A stretch of DNA of 64,000 nucleotides, from NCBI GenBank assembly GCA_030704615.1, contig CM060734.1, forward strand, positions 5,704,001 through 5,768,000, in the 5' to 3' direction. Position 1 is the first letter of the stretch; each line of letters opens with the position of its first letter. The position numbers and the translations under genes were made by a program. The notes beneath the pieces were generated by a model that saw only the letters and a list, made by a program, of their open reading frames with translations, did not search any database and was not told the origin of the DNA. Origin of the DNA: Takakia lepidozioides. Its lineage: Eukaryota > Plantae > Bryophyta. Positions 1-13,056 of the stretch are shown piece by piece.

Positions 1-38
1 CCTCCGAGCTCTGTGATGCATCAGTTCCACTATGCCTC

Positions 39-3000
39 TCAAAAATCCCGTCCTCTCCTTGGGGGACTGTCCACCTCACCTCCTGGGAATCTTGCGTCTT
101 CTCCCCCACTTTCCTCAGCAGAATCCAACACAAATCTACGAGCCCGACGGGCTCTAATAGCTGCTGCCTCCTCCCTCATCTTCATTTTCTTGAGGCTTGC
201 CTCGTCTAAAATCTGCTGTACACGACTACGTTCGGAACACCTCCTAATGGACACCGAAGCAAGCCGGGCAGCATAAGTAGGAAGGACGTACTCCCTTTCT
301 GGACTAGGCATGAAATCCCCCCTGGCAAAAAAAGGCACGTTCCTCCTGCCCATGAACTCCGGTGTAGACGTCCCTCCGGCAGTACTTGGCATCCTACAGT
401 AAGAACAAATCCACTTGAAGAATGTCAATACCAGCACAACCAGAAAGGGTTTTCAATGAAATAAGAGAGCGGAGGGAGGTGCCTCACAAAATCTGGAGGC
501 AACTTACAATGCCACCACTCACTCGTAAACCGGGGGGCTCCTCGGCCTCGATCCCAACTTCCTCCCCCTGCTCCTTCTCGGATTTTTCCTCATCCTCCGA
601 GGATGCCTCTTCCTCTTTCGGCAGACGTTCAGCCGCTGCAAGTTCCGAGTTGTGGAGGGCAGTATCTGGCTCGAAGGCGAACACATGCCTGTCGGACAAC
701 GTCCCTGCCCACATTGAAGCACCTGAGGAACAAAGCGGGCGGTTAATAGCTTGCGGCATGCAATTGCAATGGGGCCAGGGGACAAACTGAGCACGTGAAG
801 GCTTACCCGTGCCGCATGTGAGGTCCAGAATCCGCCCTTGGACATCCGAGCACGTCTCCATGAGGGTTTGGATGAAAGCAGGGCTCCGGGTCCGGCTGTA
901 CCGCCACGGTTTGCCTGTCTTTGTGTCCTTCGGCATACTAGAGTGGGCACATAGTTGTAGAGGACATCGTAGGTTACAGGGTCCACAGCGGCATCAACAA
1001 GACGACCGTCGTTGCGGAATTTGAACGTAGACCCTCTCTTCACAAAGCAATATGCCTCAAACACCAATGTCTGCACATCCAACAAAGAAGGGATCAATTC
1101 CAGGGTCTACTTAACATACACCACAATATGAAGTGAATGCAATAGATTGATAACTTACACTTTGGCCCTCTGTTCGCAACCCCTGCGTACTGATGCAGAA
1201 CCATTTTCTGAGGAGGACCGGGGTGACACTTTTCGGTGTCCACCTTGCCACCGCATTCTCTGTGGTCTTCCCTCTCGTGGCAAGGACAACCACACATCCA
1301 CTGTCATCCAGAAGCATCCCCGCCAGCCCAAACCCGGCTTTCCAGTAGTCCTCAGTAAACCTTTTCCAGGTGGGCACACCATCCAGGCCCTCCAGCAGCT
1401 CCCCATCTGGAATGTCGAGGAGAATCATGTCGCAAGCTCTCCACCTCAACCCCCCCCTCGAGTGCTCTTGCAATTCGTGCTCACAGCTGTGAAGAATTCC
1501 ATCATGGCTTCAAAACCAGGGGTGTCTTTAGGCTCTGTACCGGCAGCCCTCTTCTTGGCTTTCCCCTTCTGCTCCGCCAGAGACTTGTTGTGTGCCACCT
1601 TCTTCGCCCTGGCAGCGAGAGCGTCAAGGAAGCTCTCATTGATGCATTGGATGATGGTTGGAGGTTCTAGCTTTGGCCTGTGCGTAAACGTCACCGCCGA
1701 ATACCGCCGTGTAGGCTCGCCCTCAAATGCCAACTTCTTGGCAGAGCCAGTCCCACTCCGAACTGACTTGGGAACCCGGACGACCGGTGACTGGATAGGA
1801 GCAACAGCAGTCGCAGGACCTTGAACAAAATCGGCGTCGGAGTCACTCTCTTGGGTCCCCTCCTGCGCCTCCTCTGATGCCCCGATGGTTTTCTTCTTTT
1901 TGGGTGTTACTGCAGTCACCTGTTTCCTTGTCCTTTTCCTTTGACCTTTACTCTTCTCATGCAATTTCTCCTGAATTCCTGCCTGAGCAAGCTCTGCCGC
2001 TTTCCTGGAGTTCGCAAGCGCTTTTGCCTCTTTTGCACCCAATGGAGGCAGCGGAGCCCGTTTTCGTCGGAATTCAGCATCCAGCTTCAATTGAAACTCG
2101 GATGGGTCGAGCGAGCCGGGCGGAAGGTCCACATACCAAGGGCAATCACGCAAATGTTCCAGATGCCACTCCTTCACAATATCGTCAGTGTACATGGAGT
2201 CAGCCCCAGGGTTCCTCCATGCCAGGAAGAATGGTGGCTCGAAAGACAGATGACCTTTCTCCAAAAGGGAGAACTTACAGTACCTGCATTCATGAAAAAC
2301 ACAATGAGGTCCGAAAATGGCTAAGTCCCTGAACGGCAATAGGGCCTACAACTGGAATATGGCGCCGAATTTCCACTTCAGGGCCACCCAGTCTAGGGAC
2401 TTAGCCCGAAAATGGCTAAGTCCATGAACGGCAATATGGCCTGGAACTGGAAAATGCGCCGAATTTCCAGTTCAGAGCCAGCCAGTCTAGGACTTAGCCC
2501 GAAAATGGGCTAAGTCCTGGACGGCAATAGGGCTAGAACTGGAAAACGGCGCCGAATTTCCAGTTCCGGGCCAGCCACCCTAGGGACTTAGCCCGAAAAT
2601 GGCTAAGTCCCTGGACGGCAATAGGGCCTAGAACTGGAAAACGGCGCCGAATTTCCAGTTCCGGGCCAGCCACCGTAGGGACTTGGACCGAAAATGGCTA
2701 AGTCCCTGGACGCAATAGGGCCTGGAACTGGAATATGGCGCCGAATTTCCACTTCAGGGCCAGCCAGTCTAGGGACTTAGCCCGAAAATGGCTAAGTCCC
2801 TGAACGGCAATACGGCCTGGAACTAGAAAAGGGCGCCGAATTTCCAGTTCAGGCCAGCCAATCTAGGGACTTAGCCCGAAAATGGCTAAGTCCCTGGACG
2901 GCAATAGGGCCTAGAACTGGAAAACGGCGCCGAATTTCCAGTTGCGGGCCAGCCACACTAGGGACTTAAAAATGGCTAAGTCCCCGAACGGCAATAGGGC

Positions 3001-3660
3001 CTAAAACTGGAATATGGCGCCGAATTTCCAGTTCAGGGCCAGCCAGTCTAGGGACTTAGGCCGAAAATGGCTAAGTCCCTGAACGGCAATAGGGCCTGGA
3101 ACTGGAAAATGCGCCGAATTTCCAGTTCCGGGCCAGCCAGTCTAGGGACTTAGCCATTTTCGGAGCCCTGACTGGAAATTCGGCGCCATTTTCCCTAACA
3201 CCACTTGAGGCCTCTAACATCCTGAAATGCCAGGACTTGAAAGAAAGGCAGCGCGTATGTACCTGTACAGAAGGCGCATTGCTGCTTTGTCCGCGTTCGG
3301 CTGGTCGGTGAACTCGTGGCTCCGGCGAGCATCTGCTATCTCCCGAAAGAATAGGTTGGTTTTGTAGAGCAGAAAGTACCTCGTCACATAGTCACGTAGG
3401 CTCTCTGCTGCAGGAGATATCTCCATCTTGAACTGATGTGCTTGTGTGTCCAGCTGCTCTTGCGCATTCGTCGTCACCTATGGAGATTGTCCATCAGATC
3501 GCTTTCCTCAAAAAATACAATGAATCCACCCCCTACTAGAATAGAAGCCCCAAACGAAGCGTGGGGAAGTACCTGAAACCACCATGTCATGCGGTTCATC
3601 CACATGTCGAATGTGGGGTCAGAGAGTTTGTCCGGTTTGGGGAAGCTCCACATGTCCCTG
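39..3660 (-). pseudogene. 3' two-thirds of the ParB-MTase-like cargo gene (A1), spliced, with frameshifts
   Basis: Exons MWSFP..DMWMNRMTWWFQ, MTTNAQEQ..LYR, EPPFFLAW.., DMILLDIPDG, YSRTRSPAFIQTLMETCSDVQGRILDLTCGTG/ASMWAG..FAFEPD are collinear with the B1 gene. The ParB exon is removed by the internal deletion at ~3662. Confidence 0.8.
2310..3200. repeat. Intronic tandem array, ~9 x ~94 bp, each unit with a GGAAA(A/T)YGGCGCCGAATTTCC quasi-palindrome
   Basis: AAAATGGCTAAGTCC recurs at ~2315, 2409, 2502, 2597, 2691, 2785, 2878, 2969 and 3064. It lies between two cargo exons. Confidence 0.9.
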
Positions 3661-3662
3661 GT

Positions 3663-4146
3663 ACCGGCCCACGCATTTCCGGTTCCTCAGACCCAGCCAT
3701 TGCAGACTGCTCGGTCCAGTAGAGACGGATTGGACAATTCTGCACATCCCACAATGCGATTCGGAAGAGTGAAGAGACGACACCCTCCCAACAAGTTGAA
3801 TGAGACTCGGATTGCCAATGCTCTTGGGATGGCTTGCACTATTCAGAGCTCCGTGGACGTACCCCCACCCGGCCTTGGGCGTGTGTATCGGATGGCAACG
3901 GCCGGCTCGGCTGTACGCGACGATGTATACACAATTACGATTGGAGTGGAGCCGACTTGCAACTGTACGGACTTCTCGTTGATGGCAGCAAAGAAGGGTT
4001 CGAAGTATTATCCGTGCAAGCATCTGTATTACATTTACCTGAAGAGGTTGAGGATGAACGTGACTATTGATGACTTTATTCATGCACCGGCGTTGAGCGT
4101 GAACGAGCTGCACAAACTCCTCCTTAGGGATTCCAGAAATCATTGA
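3663..4146 (+). pseudogene. C-terminal remnant of the transposase (SWIM zinc finger)
   Basis: CNCTDF..YYPCKH (CxC..CxH SWIM pattern), nearly identical to A2 15147-15630. Confidence 0.85.
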
Positions 4147-4789
4147 TGGGGCAAACGGAATCCTCCATATGGATATTTTCAAATGCATTTTGCTGTATCA
4201 GACTTTTTTTTGCAGTGTAATGAAATGCACCCCAAAACTCCTGGAATGAGGCAATATTCCATTCAAACTGAGATCCAACAGAAGCAGTTGTGGGGCCATT
4301 TCTGGAAAAATGGCGCCGAATTTCTCTTTTTGGGCCGAAAACTGGCTAAGTCCCAACATGCACTGGTACCGTGTCTGGAAAAATGGCGCCGAATTTCTCT
4401 TTTTTGGGCCGAAAACTGGCTAAGTCCGAACATGCACTGGAAAAATGGCGCCGAATTACCTGTCATGAGGGGACCTATAGCCGCGGAATTCGGCACCATT
4501 TTTCGCCAGAGAGACCTATTGCCGCGAAATACGTCGCCGTTTTTTTCAGGTTACGGACCCTATTACCGCGAAATTCGGCGCCATATTTGCACATGTCGCT
4601 GGGAATTGGCATGAGCGGAAGACGAAATATCATGAGCACAACTGTCAAAAGTGCAATTTTCCCTTCAAGGGGCCGAATAATATATTTGTTTTTTCTGACA
4701 CATTGCATTAAATTATTGTTTTTATTGTTTTTTATTGTTTTTTATTTTCGAAATTTGTACTTCTGCTCATGAAAACCGATTGTGTTACT

Positions 4790-4830
4790 ACTCTGCTCAT
4801 GCCGCTCATGCTCATGAAATAGCAAACCTC
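4790..4830 (-). repeat. Terminal inverted repeat of A1 with CATGAGC reiterations
   Basis: Reverse complement is GAGGTTTGCTATTTCATGAGCATGAGCGGCATGAGC, matching the termini at 14364 and 45378. Confidence 0.85.
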
Positions 4831-6150
4831 GCGCCGCCGCCGGCGTCATGAAGGAGTGCGACGCTCCTGTGTCCACCAACAACGACACGTTAGTTCCGGA
4901 TATTATCCCATCCACGAACAATAACTGACTCCCTTTACGCAGGGCGCCAGTTTCCTGATACAACTCACAAGAATAGTTGCCTACCTTGCAAGTCCTGGCG
5001 ACCACCGCTTCCACCAAGCGACTGATGGTATCTTCCGACAGCTCCGTGGTTGCCCGAGTCATGTTCAATTGTCGAGGTTTTGTGCACTTCTTGGCCATGT
5101 GCCCGGGCTCCCCGCAATTGAAACACACTCCATCAAAGGTCGCCTTCTGTCCGCCATAAGCCGCTCCACCCGCTTTTCCTTTCGAAGCACCGGGTGCCAC
5201 CTTGACGTGTGAAGGCCCTCCCTTCGATTTCCACGTGCCATTGTCGCCGCGTGGCCTATCCCACTTCTTTTCCGGTCGGGAGGAGTCACCTTCCCGCCGG
5301 GTCTTCTTGTGGTTCAGCTCCGTACGGCCTTGTCTCTCACCCCTACGGACATCCGAGAAACATTCAGCCCTCTCAATTGCCTCGTTCAAAGTCTTGGGTG
5401 GCTTCTCCTCCAACTTCCGCCTGGCCCATGGGCCAGTCCCGCCACAAAGTTGAAGACCATTTCTGGTTCTGCCATGTCCGCGACTTTGAGCAACAGCACA
5501 TTGAAAGCCTGGACATACTCCCGAATGTCATCTGTTTGCTTCAAATTCCTCATCTTGTCCCGGGCAAGCCAGGACGCGTTGAGGGGCACAAACTGTCTCT
5601 TCATCAATTCCTTGAACCCACTCCAGTCCAAGGTTTCCGGGCTTGGACCTCGGTCGTGAAGGCGTTTCTGCCACCATTGTTGAGCATAGCCCCTCAAATA
5701 GGTGGGAGCCACTTCCACCCGATCCTCGTCACTCAACTTGGCCGCCCGGAAGTACTGCTCTAGCTCCAGGAGCCAGGTGTTGAGTGCCTTCCGATTTCAG
5801 ACGCCCTCGAAGGTGCCGGGTTCCTTAGGCTTCACCTTAAACTTTGCCTTAGTGGAGTGGCATTAGCCGCCTTCAACACGTCTTTCAACGTCCCGCCAAA
5901 CTGCGCCAACAACCCTTCCCAAAAGGCTGCGGCATGGGAGGCATCTGTTGGTCGGTCGGAGCTCTCAGGATTCCTCGGGCTCCGACTCCTCGGATTCCTC
6001 CCGCTCTTGAGCGGCCTCGCTTTCAGAAACCTGCGTCGCTTCCTCAAACGGCCGCTTCGGTGACACGTCGCCCTCATCGGGCTCACCAGGATCATCATCT
6101 TTTGGGACGTTCCGCTTTCGCTTTGGCTTGCCCAACCCCATGATGAGGCC
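4831..6150 (-). pseudogene. gag-protease (frameshifted)
   Basis: APTYLRGYAQQWW retrotransposon-gag motif, [14 protein letters not shown] knuckle and LVDTGAS protease active site, split across ORFs 5832-6206, 5386-5736 and 4742-5413. Confidence 0.9.
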
Positions 6151-6182
6151 AATCCCAAGGACGATCGCGTACTAAACTCTAA

Positions 6183-6194
6183 GCTCTGATACCA
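6183..6194 (-). promoter_or_regulatory. Primer-binding site, tRNA-iMet (TGGTATCAGAGC)
   Basis: GCTCTGATACCA on the + strand, 2 nt from the LTR edge. Confidence 0.92.
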
Positions 6195-6196
6195 AG

Positions 6197-6919
6197 TGTC
6201 GCGCACCTCACTTCGGTAAGCTCCCCTTCAAGTCATAGTTACTCGCTTTGATGCGCGCGCCTGACTCCTAACCTGGCCGCCCGGACCAACTTGGAGCTTC
6301 GGCTGCTCACCGGGACATAACGGTCCCCCTTCGCTTCCCACTAAACCCTCCACCTATTTGGGACTAGGAGAATTCCCTTTGGTAGATGGCAGTCCGGAAC
6401 AGCTCCCCACTCTTTGGTCGCTTTCCGGCTCGCTCGCTTACTCACTAGTTTTTGGTCACCAACGGGCTTGCACCGTTCTCGGGTTACTACTCCCTATATA
6501 TACTTCTGTAGCTGTCCGCGGGGGTTTCACAACCAGCCATGCCATTTTATGGCGAACCACCACGAAAACCCTCGACCCCGGTGATGAGTCGCGTGAGTCT
6601 TGGCCCGCTCACCACGGCCCCTATGGACCGTGATGAGTCCCAAGACTCCCCACGACTCCCACCACGAGGTCTCCGCCCCTATGGTGAGTCCTATGCCACC
6701 CCCACTAAGTCCCGCTAAGCTACCACTACCCCTTGTGGAGCCACCCCCACCGCAACCCGGTGTGCGGGGCTCCACCTAGTGAGCGCCTCCGCCTCCTTGA
6801 GTGCCTTGGGCACTCAAGGGTGCTTCAGCCCCCCATACCTATCGCTGCCGCTGCCCCCACCACAGGGGCAGCCCCTCATGTGTCCCGACCCCCTGCCCTC
6901 AAGGCAAAGGGCCGCGACA
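6197..6919 (-). repeat. 5' LTR of G1a (~723 bp)
   Basis: Terminal inverted ends TGTCGCG...CGCGACA; homologous to 26315-27030 and 60402-61126. Confidence 0.93.
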
Positions 6920-9900
6920 GTCTGGGTCTGGGACTGGGTGAGGTTCTCCACTGTAGATAGCTGTGATTGCCTCAGATTTGCATCATCTTGTTTGGCGACT
7001 GGTGTGGTTCCTGTAGATGCGATGTCCTTGGTTACTGGGAGGTCTTGTGGAAGTAAAAAAGTTTGAGTGACTGTGGAGACCGGTGTTCCACCAGGAGATG
7101 ACGACAAGCATGGTTGCAGTGCCGGCCGCCGAGCCTTGGAGAACGGGAGACCTCCCATGATAAGGTCTATGGAAAGAACGAAGTCAACTTGACTGGGTGT
7201 CATCTCAAAAAAGTCCGACATCACGAGAAACCTATCCCCACCTGTATATTGGACTTGGAAAGTAAAGTCAATGGAGGCATTCGTTGGCCCTCCAGAATGA
7301 AATGCTGACTCAACCTTGTTGACCACTTCGTCCTCATCAATATTGATAATCTCCTTGTGCATGCCCGCGTTGACTCGCACTCTTGCATCGATCTGAGGAT
7401 TATACAGCTGGCAAGTTGAGATTATCGGGGGCCTAGAGGATATTGGTTCCGGGGAGAATTGAAGCGTACCGCCCGTCGTCCGCCGGCCTCTGGCTTGCCC
7501 GTCTGGCGAAATATTTTCTGACTCCACGTCGCGTACATGCACTCCAGTCGAATGCTGGATAAATGGGTTCTGAAATGGGCTCTGTTGCACGCCGTTGGAT
7601 TCAGTCTCACTGTCATCTTCATCTTCCTCCAAGTGCACAGGTCTATTTCCGGCTGTATCTGGTTGTGTTAGTAAATCCTTTCGAGAGTTGGTGTCGCGGG
7701 ACATTTATGACCTCTCCTGGCGACCTTGACTTCTTTCAGAACGAGCGTGTATAACTGGTGAAGACTCCACAATACCCTCACCCCCAGCAGATCCCTCGCC
7801 CTTGCCCTCAGACTCCGAGGAGGATTGCGCCTGTTCGGCGGAAACCTTTGAACGCAGCAATCTAATAAGGTTGAAGGATTTCTCAGCAGAGGCTCTTGCT
7901 GAGACCATACAACCAGGGTGCGTTACTTCCAACACCCTATAGTTCGATTCCTGATGGATCAAAAATTAACCGGTTAGTAACTTTCAGTAACTGGGCAGTC
8001 CCAATAGAAAGATGTTAATGGTCAAAGGAGGACGGGAGGCCTCCCGTCGAAGGACAACGGGAGATCACCCATCGAACGATGTAATTTAATTAGAATAAAT
8101 TGGAACTTCCGACATCTCACACTTTCAACCCATCATAATTTCATGCATTAACCGAGCAAACACGTTTCAGGCTTGTGCATGGCCAGAATTACATGAAGGC
8201 CACACAAGATTTTAGATTACATCGCCAGTGTGTAATATAAAGACTTGTGTGACCCTCTGTAACTATTTGGCTGCACCTAGAAATGTCCCGTAATGAATGT
8301 TACTAATCACTTGGGTTGTTACTAATCACATAGGATATTCAATGGACTTCTGCCTACACATTTCCGCCCATCATCGTAAGCAAGAACTATTCAGGCTTGT
8401 GCATGCCAAGAATTACATGAAGGCCACATAAGATTTTAGATTACATCGCCAGAGTGTAACATAAAGACTTGTGTGACCCTTTGTAACTATTTGCTGCACC
8501 CCCCAAAATGTCCCATAATGAATGTTACTAATCACATGGGTATTAGTAGTGTGTCCTGCCTAAAACAATCACTTGGGAATTGGCAATGTAGGACGGGAGG
8601 TGTCCCGTCATAGGACGTAAACAAAAAATCAATATAATTCGGAACAATATCCTTGTAAACTATTCCATCTCATTAAGAACAATATCCTTGTAAACTATTC
8701 CATCTCACGCATGTACGTACATGCTTCCATCTCACACATTAAACCCATCATTTTAAGCAATAACAGAGGACTCATTTTCAGAGACTTAGAATGTCCATGC
8801 CCACAAATGCATGGCCATAGTTACAAAGTGATACCCAAGATGTTAGATAACATCGCAAGTGTGTTACATAAAGTCTTGTGTATCACTTTATAAGAATACG
8901 GAGGCAACCAGAGAAGTCCTGCAATGAATGTAGCTAATCACGTGGGTAGATCAGTAGTGTTTTTGAAACAGTAGTCTACCTTTTGACCATTCATTTGAAC
9001 AATAATTTGAGATGAACGTTCACTGGACTTATGCCAAAAACACTTTCAACCCATCATCATTCTTAGCAGTGACAATTCCGGCTTGTGCATGGCCATACTT
9101 ACATGAAAGCCACGCAAGATTTTAGATTACATCGCCAGTCTGTAATATAAAGACTTGTGTCGCCCTCTATAAGTATTTGGCTGCACTCCAAATGTCCCGT
9201 CATGAATGTTATGGATCACTTGGGTATCAGTAGCGTGTCGTGCCAGCCAAGTCCTACTCGAGGTTCATCTTGAAACACTTGAATGGTCAATGGACCGGAA
9301 GGGTGAAGGTTTCAATGATCCAAATTCTACGAACTGGATACAATGAAAGACACAGATGAACCTGGACAAAGAAGGAAGGGAGGTCTCCCGTAGAAGGAGG
9401 TCAAAAAATCGCTTGGAAAATATGGTGACTTTCTACGCACACTTTCAACCCATCATCTGAAGCAATATGAGAGCTCTCACAATCTGGGAATTACTTCAAG
9501 TTTTCTGTCTGGCCATACTTACCAAGTTAACTACAAGATCTTATCCAACATTGCCAGTGTTGCATAAAGTCTTGTGGTTTACAACGTAAGTATGTTCAGG
9601 CATTCTTGAAATCCCCGTAATGAATGTGTGGTTAATCACCTGGGTATCACTAGTGTCCTGATTGAACTTAATTTACCGCCGGATGTCTCCCGCTAAACGA
9701 ACGATGGGAGATCTCCCGACAAAGGATCGACGGGAGATCTCCCGTCACTGGACGAAGCAATTTCATGAAGCAAATTAAGATTTGAGTCACTGGACGAAGC
9801 AAATTAAGATAAATGAGTTTGTAGGTTCTTACCAGAAGCGAGTATGTGACAATCCCGCCATAATACACATTGACAACGGAAGAGCCCTCCGGACAGAAGG

Positions 9901-12900
9901 TCTCAACAACCTGGTCGATGGCCGATGATCGGATCTCATTGTTGTAGTAGCGACTTTGCAGAGGATTTTCAGATTCTTCCGCCTCTGTACGTAGCACTCT
10001 TGGGATGTATCGACCGTCGGCTGTGATGCTCCTCCGCACGACCTCGTCCACGTTGTCCCACTCCGCGTCTGCCATCGGAAAAATGAAATGGAAATGAATT
10101 ACTGGAGTCTCAAAATTCCTTGTCTTGAAAAAAATCTCCTTCTTCGATGGAATGTAGAAGCTCGTCTCTATAAGGAATTTCCCCTTTGTGGATTGAATGT
10201 ACGCTATCAGCTCACGAGAGCTATCAGTATCGGTGATGACACAGAATACGTTGGTCCTGATTTTTCTTGACCTCATGCCATTGAAGAGGTTGGTGAACTC
10301 GTTCTCCATCCAAGGCTCGATCTTGTCTGGACACTCATTCAATGTGCTGATCATGATGAGCGAAACAACTTCAAATGCTTTTGTGGCGAACATTGCCACC
10401 GTCCCAATCTCCCGAGCCCTGTTTCCAATCTCGCACACACTGTAAACTCTATCAAGCGAACCTCGTGGAGTCTCTGCAAGAGTTTTCACGGCTTGAATTA
10501 AATTCAGAAATTGAAGTGGTTGCTTCTGCTTTCCCGTCGCTGGCTTCATTTTCGCGTCAAGGTAGGGGTTCCCGAGAGCATTCTTAAAGTGCACAAACTG
10601 GGCCTTGTTGATTTTGTACTTATGTTTGATGGCGGTCCACTCCAACTTTGTGTATGGATGTCGGTTGTCCTTCGTCGGCTCCTTAAATCCCAAAACCGAC
10701 CATGATATCATCAATAATGTGCGTCCTCAACTTCTTGTACTTGCAATAATCCTCTAGACTCAGAACATCGGGATCAGGCCCAGTGTATGGATGACGCATC
10801 GACACTTTGCTTTTGAGTAACATGTAGGCAACCTTCCAAATCTGGCTGTCGTCCAAACCCTGCAGTCGAGCAACGCTAGATTTTTTGAGCGCTGGCTGCT
10901 CTTTCATGGGGATATTCCCTTTGGGGTCAATGAGCTCGCCCTTCTCCCATTTCATGAACACTCTTGTCAAGTAATTCCAGGTCCGATCAGAGGTGAATAC
11001 AAATGGCATTGCCTCTTTGTCGCTTTTCACATCCAGAATGGTTTGAGCTCCGACCATGAAATCCTGCACATACCAGCAAGTGTAGTTAACTACCACGGGA
11101 GGTCTCCCTTGCTAACTTTTACATTCAGCCAACACTTCCGGCTGACTTCCAACTAACTCCAGCACTTCAAACACTTCCAGCTAACTTCCTACCAACACCT
11201 TCAACTGATGATTTAAACCAACCAAGAGGATGTTGACAATTGGTCACTCTTTCTGGAGTGTCTCCTACTTTGTACTGCGGTGCTTCTCCATTTCCTCTTT
11301 CTGGAGACATTCTCGACCTAGAACAGAGTCAAACATGTGTACAGAAACCCTTAAGTAACCAAGAGACAATCACATCATGAAGCATCATCCCAACTTCAAA
11401 TCTTGATGGTGCGTGGATCTCTTCCAGATCGAGAATGTCACCAGATTGGAGAAAGAGAGAAGCACCGCAAAACAAAGCAGAACACATCCCAAATGACCTC
11501 AACAGAAGAGAAGGTGCTGGGACAACGAATGTGGTTGCTAGTGTGTGGGCGATGAAATTGGATTTCGATCGACTATAATGTAGACATCCATTGCATCGCT
11601 GTAGTGATAGATGAATGGAAAGAAAGGACGGGAGACCTCCCGTGGTCACACTCACCTTCCACTGCTGAGTCTCGACCCGACGATGCTCATCATACTTCTG
11701 GGGCCGCTCCTTGTAATTGTAATATTTTCTGCAGTGACGGACCTTCTCATAGAAAGACGGTTCGTAAAGATTCTCCTTGTTGGGCTTGTTCATAACCTTG
11801 GAGATAGTCACCAATCGAAGCTCATCCGTCAAGTACACTATCTTAGCAGGCCATGTACGTAGCGATTTTATCAGGACATCATTACTCAGTGCCGGATCCT
11901 CCAAGAGCTCCTACAATCATCACACAGTTGATTAGCATTAGAAGAGAGACAATCGAAATGGACAATGGACAAATACATGGTCAGTGGACAAATACATGGA
12001 CAAATAGTAAGTAGAATTTCTCGAAGGTGAGTTAGAACAGGAGACCTCCCCTGACCTGGGCTGCCATCAATGTATGTTGACCTCCGATAATAAAATATGT
12101 CGCCTTCTGCAGTTCGCGCTCATTGACGGGCTTCCTGCTCCACACCTTCGTGGGATTGGTCTCGTGTCGTGGAATCAAGTAAACAGGCAGTTAGGTTGTA
12201 CGCAACTAGCCTTGGTTTAATCTCCAACTTGTGCATCTCACAGAGTGGTCGATAAACCATATGCTGTGGGGCCAGAAAACAGTGGTTGATGTCCACTTCC
12301 TGGACGTATTCAAATCCAAACGGGAATATATCCTGATATTGCTCGATGAGAGTCGTCTCGACCTTCTTCGCGTCATCCAGGTAGAAAATCTCGTTAGTCT
12401 TCAGGTGCCTCTTTTCTTGGCTATTCACTATATCGATGGTCTTTCGTCGTTTTCTTCCCCCCTCTTCTTCGTCATCATCTCCATTTCCTTCTTTTGGCTT
12501 TCTTGCTTTTTTCGGTTTCTTCTTCGTGTCCTCCAACTGCTTTTGCTCCGATTGGAGTCGTTGTACCTCCAATTGCTGTCTCTCCTTGGCGTTATTGTAG
12601 AGAATTTCGTCAAGGTATTCCCAGCTCTTGAGGATTTCCATCTCCAGGTCGTCTTCAACAACAGGGACCCTGAATCCCATCCGAATTGCGAATCCCATCA
12701 GATCACTACTCAGACTCATGGCATCAACAGAGAACCCAAATAGCTTCTCCCCTTTCCCGGTGTTCTTGCGGATGAACACAGCAAGGGTAACCCTGTTATC
12801 CCTCACGGAGTCCTCCGTTTCAATTCGCAACCCATCACAACACAGAAGTGTTTTCTTTTCCGCATTGATCTGGTAACGGAAGATGGCTTTCTCTGGGTTC

Positions 12901-13056
12901 GGGGAGTCAGCAACGTCGATACCCCAGTAGTCAATACTCCTCTTTAGCTCGTAAAAGCCATCATGCTTTATTGTGAATCCTTCAATGTGTGGATATATGA
13001 AGGAACCGGCAATTTCAGCGCTCATAACTGCGACTGATTCCTTCGGAATCTTTGTT
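6920..13056 (-). pseudogene. Spliced gene with a ParB/Srx-like domain and a degenerate beta-MTase-like C-terminal domain (element C)
   Basis: Exons ~13056-12056 (..VDINHC..MVYRPL..YFIIGGQHTLMAAQ), ~11910-11656, ~11063-9833 (..EIRSSAIDQVVETFCPEGSSVVNVYYGGIVTYSLL) and 7950-6920 (ESNYRVLEV.., low complexity) have GT-AG boundaries. Frameshifts lie near 12150, 10700 and 7710. Upstream exons probably lie in 13420-14250. Confidence 0.6.
8110..9660. repeat. Degenerate ~200-240 bp intronic repeats, about 5 copies
   Basis: GGCTTGTGCATGGCC..TTAGATTACATCGCCAG..AATGTCCCGTAATGAATG blocks at ~8165, 8390, 8800, 9078 and 9505. Confidence 0.8.

Larger units (their letters stand above)
1..4830 (-). mobile_element. 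MULE-like DNA transposon subfamily A, copy A1 (internally deleted, inverted relative to A2, other end outside window)
   Basis: 1-2310 and 3663-4830 are reverse-complement homologues of A2 (~21790-24070 and 14364-15630). It ends in ...CTCATGAAATAGCAAACCTC (4830), the reverse complement of the A2 left terminus, and Gypsy protease sequence resumes at 4831. Confidence 0.9.
4831..6919 (-). mobile_element. Ty3/Gypsy chromovirus family G1, copy a (5' LTR, PBS, gag, start of protease; interrupted by A1)
   Basis: Close homologue of 59035-61126, with an LTR running TG...CA, a PBS and a gag zinc knuckle. Confidence 0.92.

Noticed and set aside
6527-7066. Pro/Gly-rich ORFs in LTRs (also 26600-27233, 60648-61294)
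   Set aside because: They lie within LTR sequence and run across insertion junctions; there is no domain evidence.
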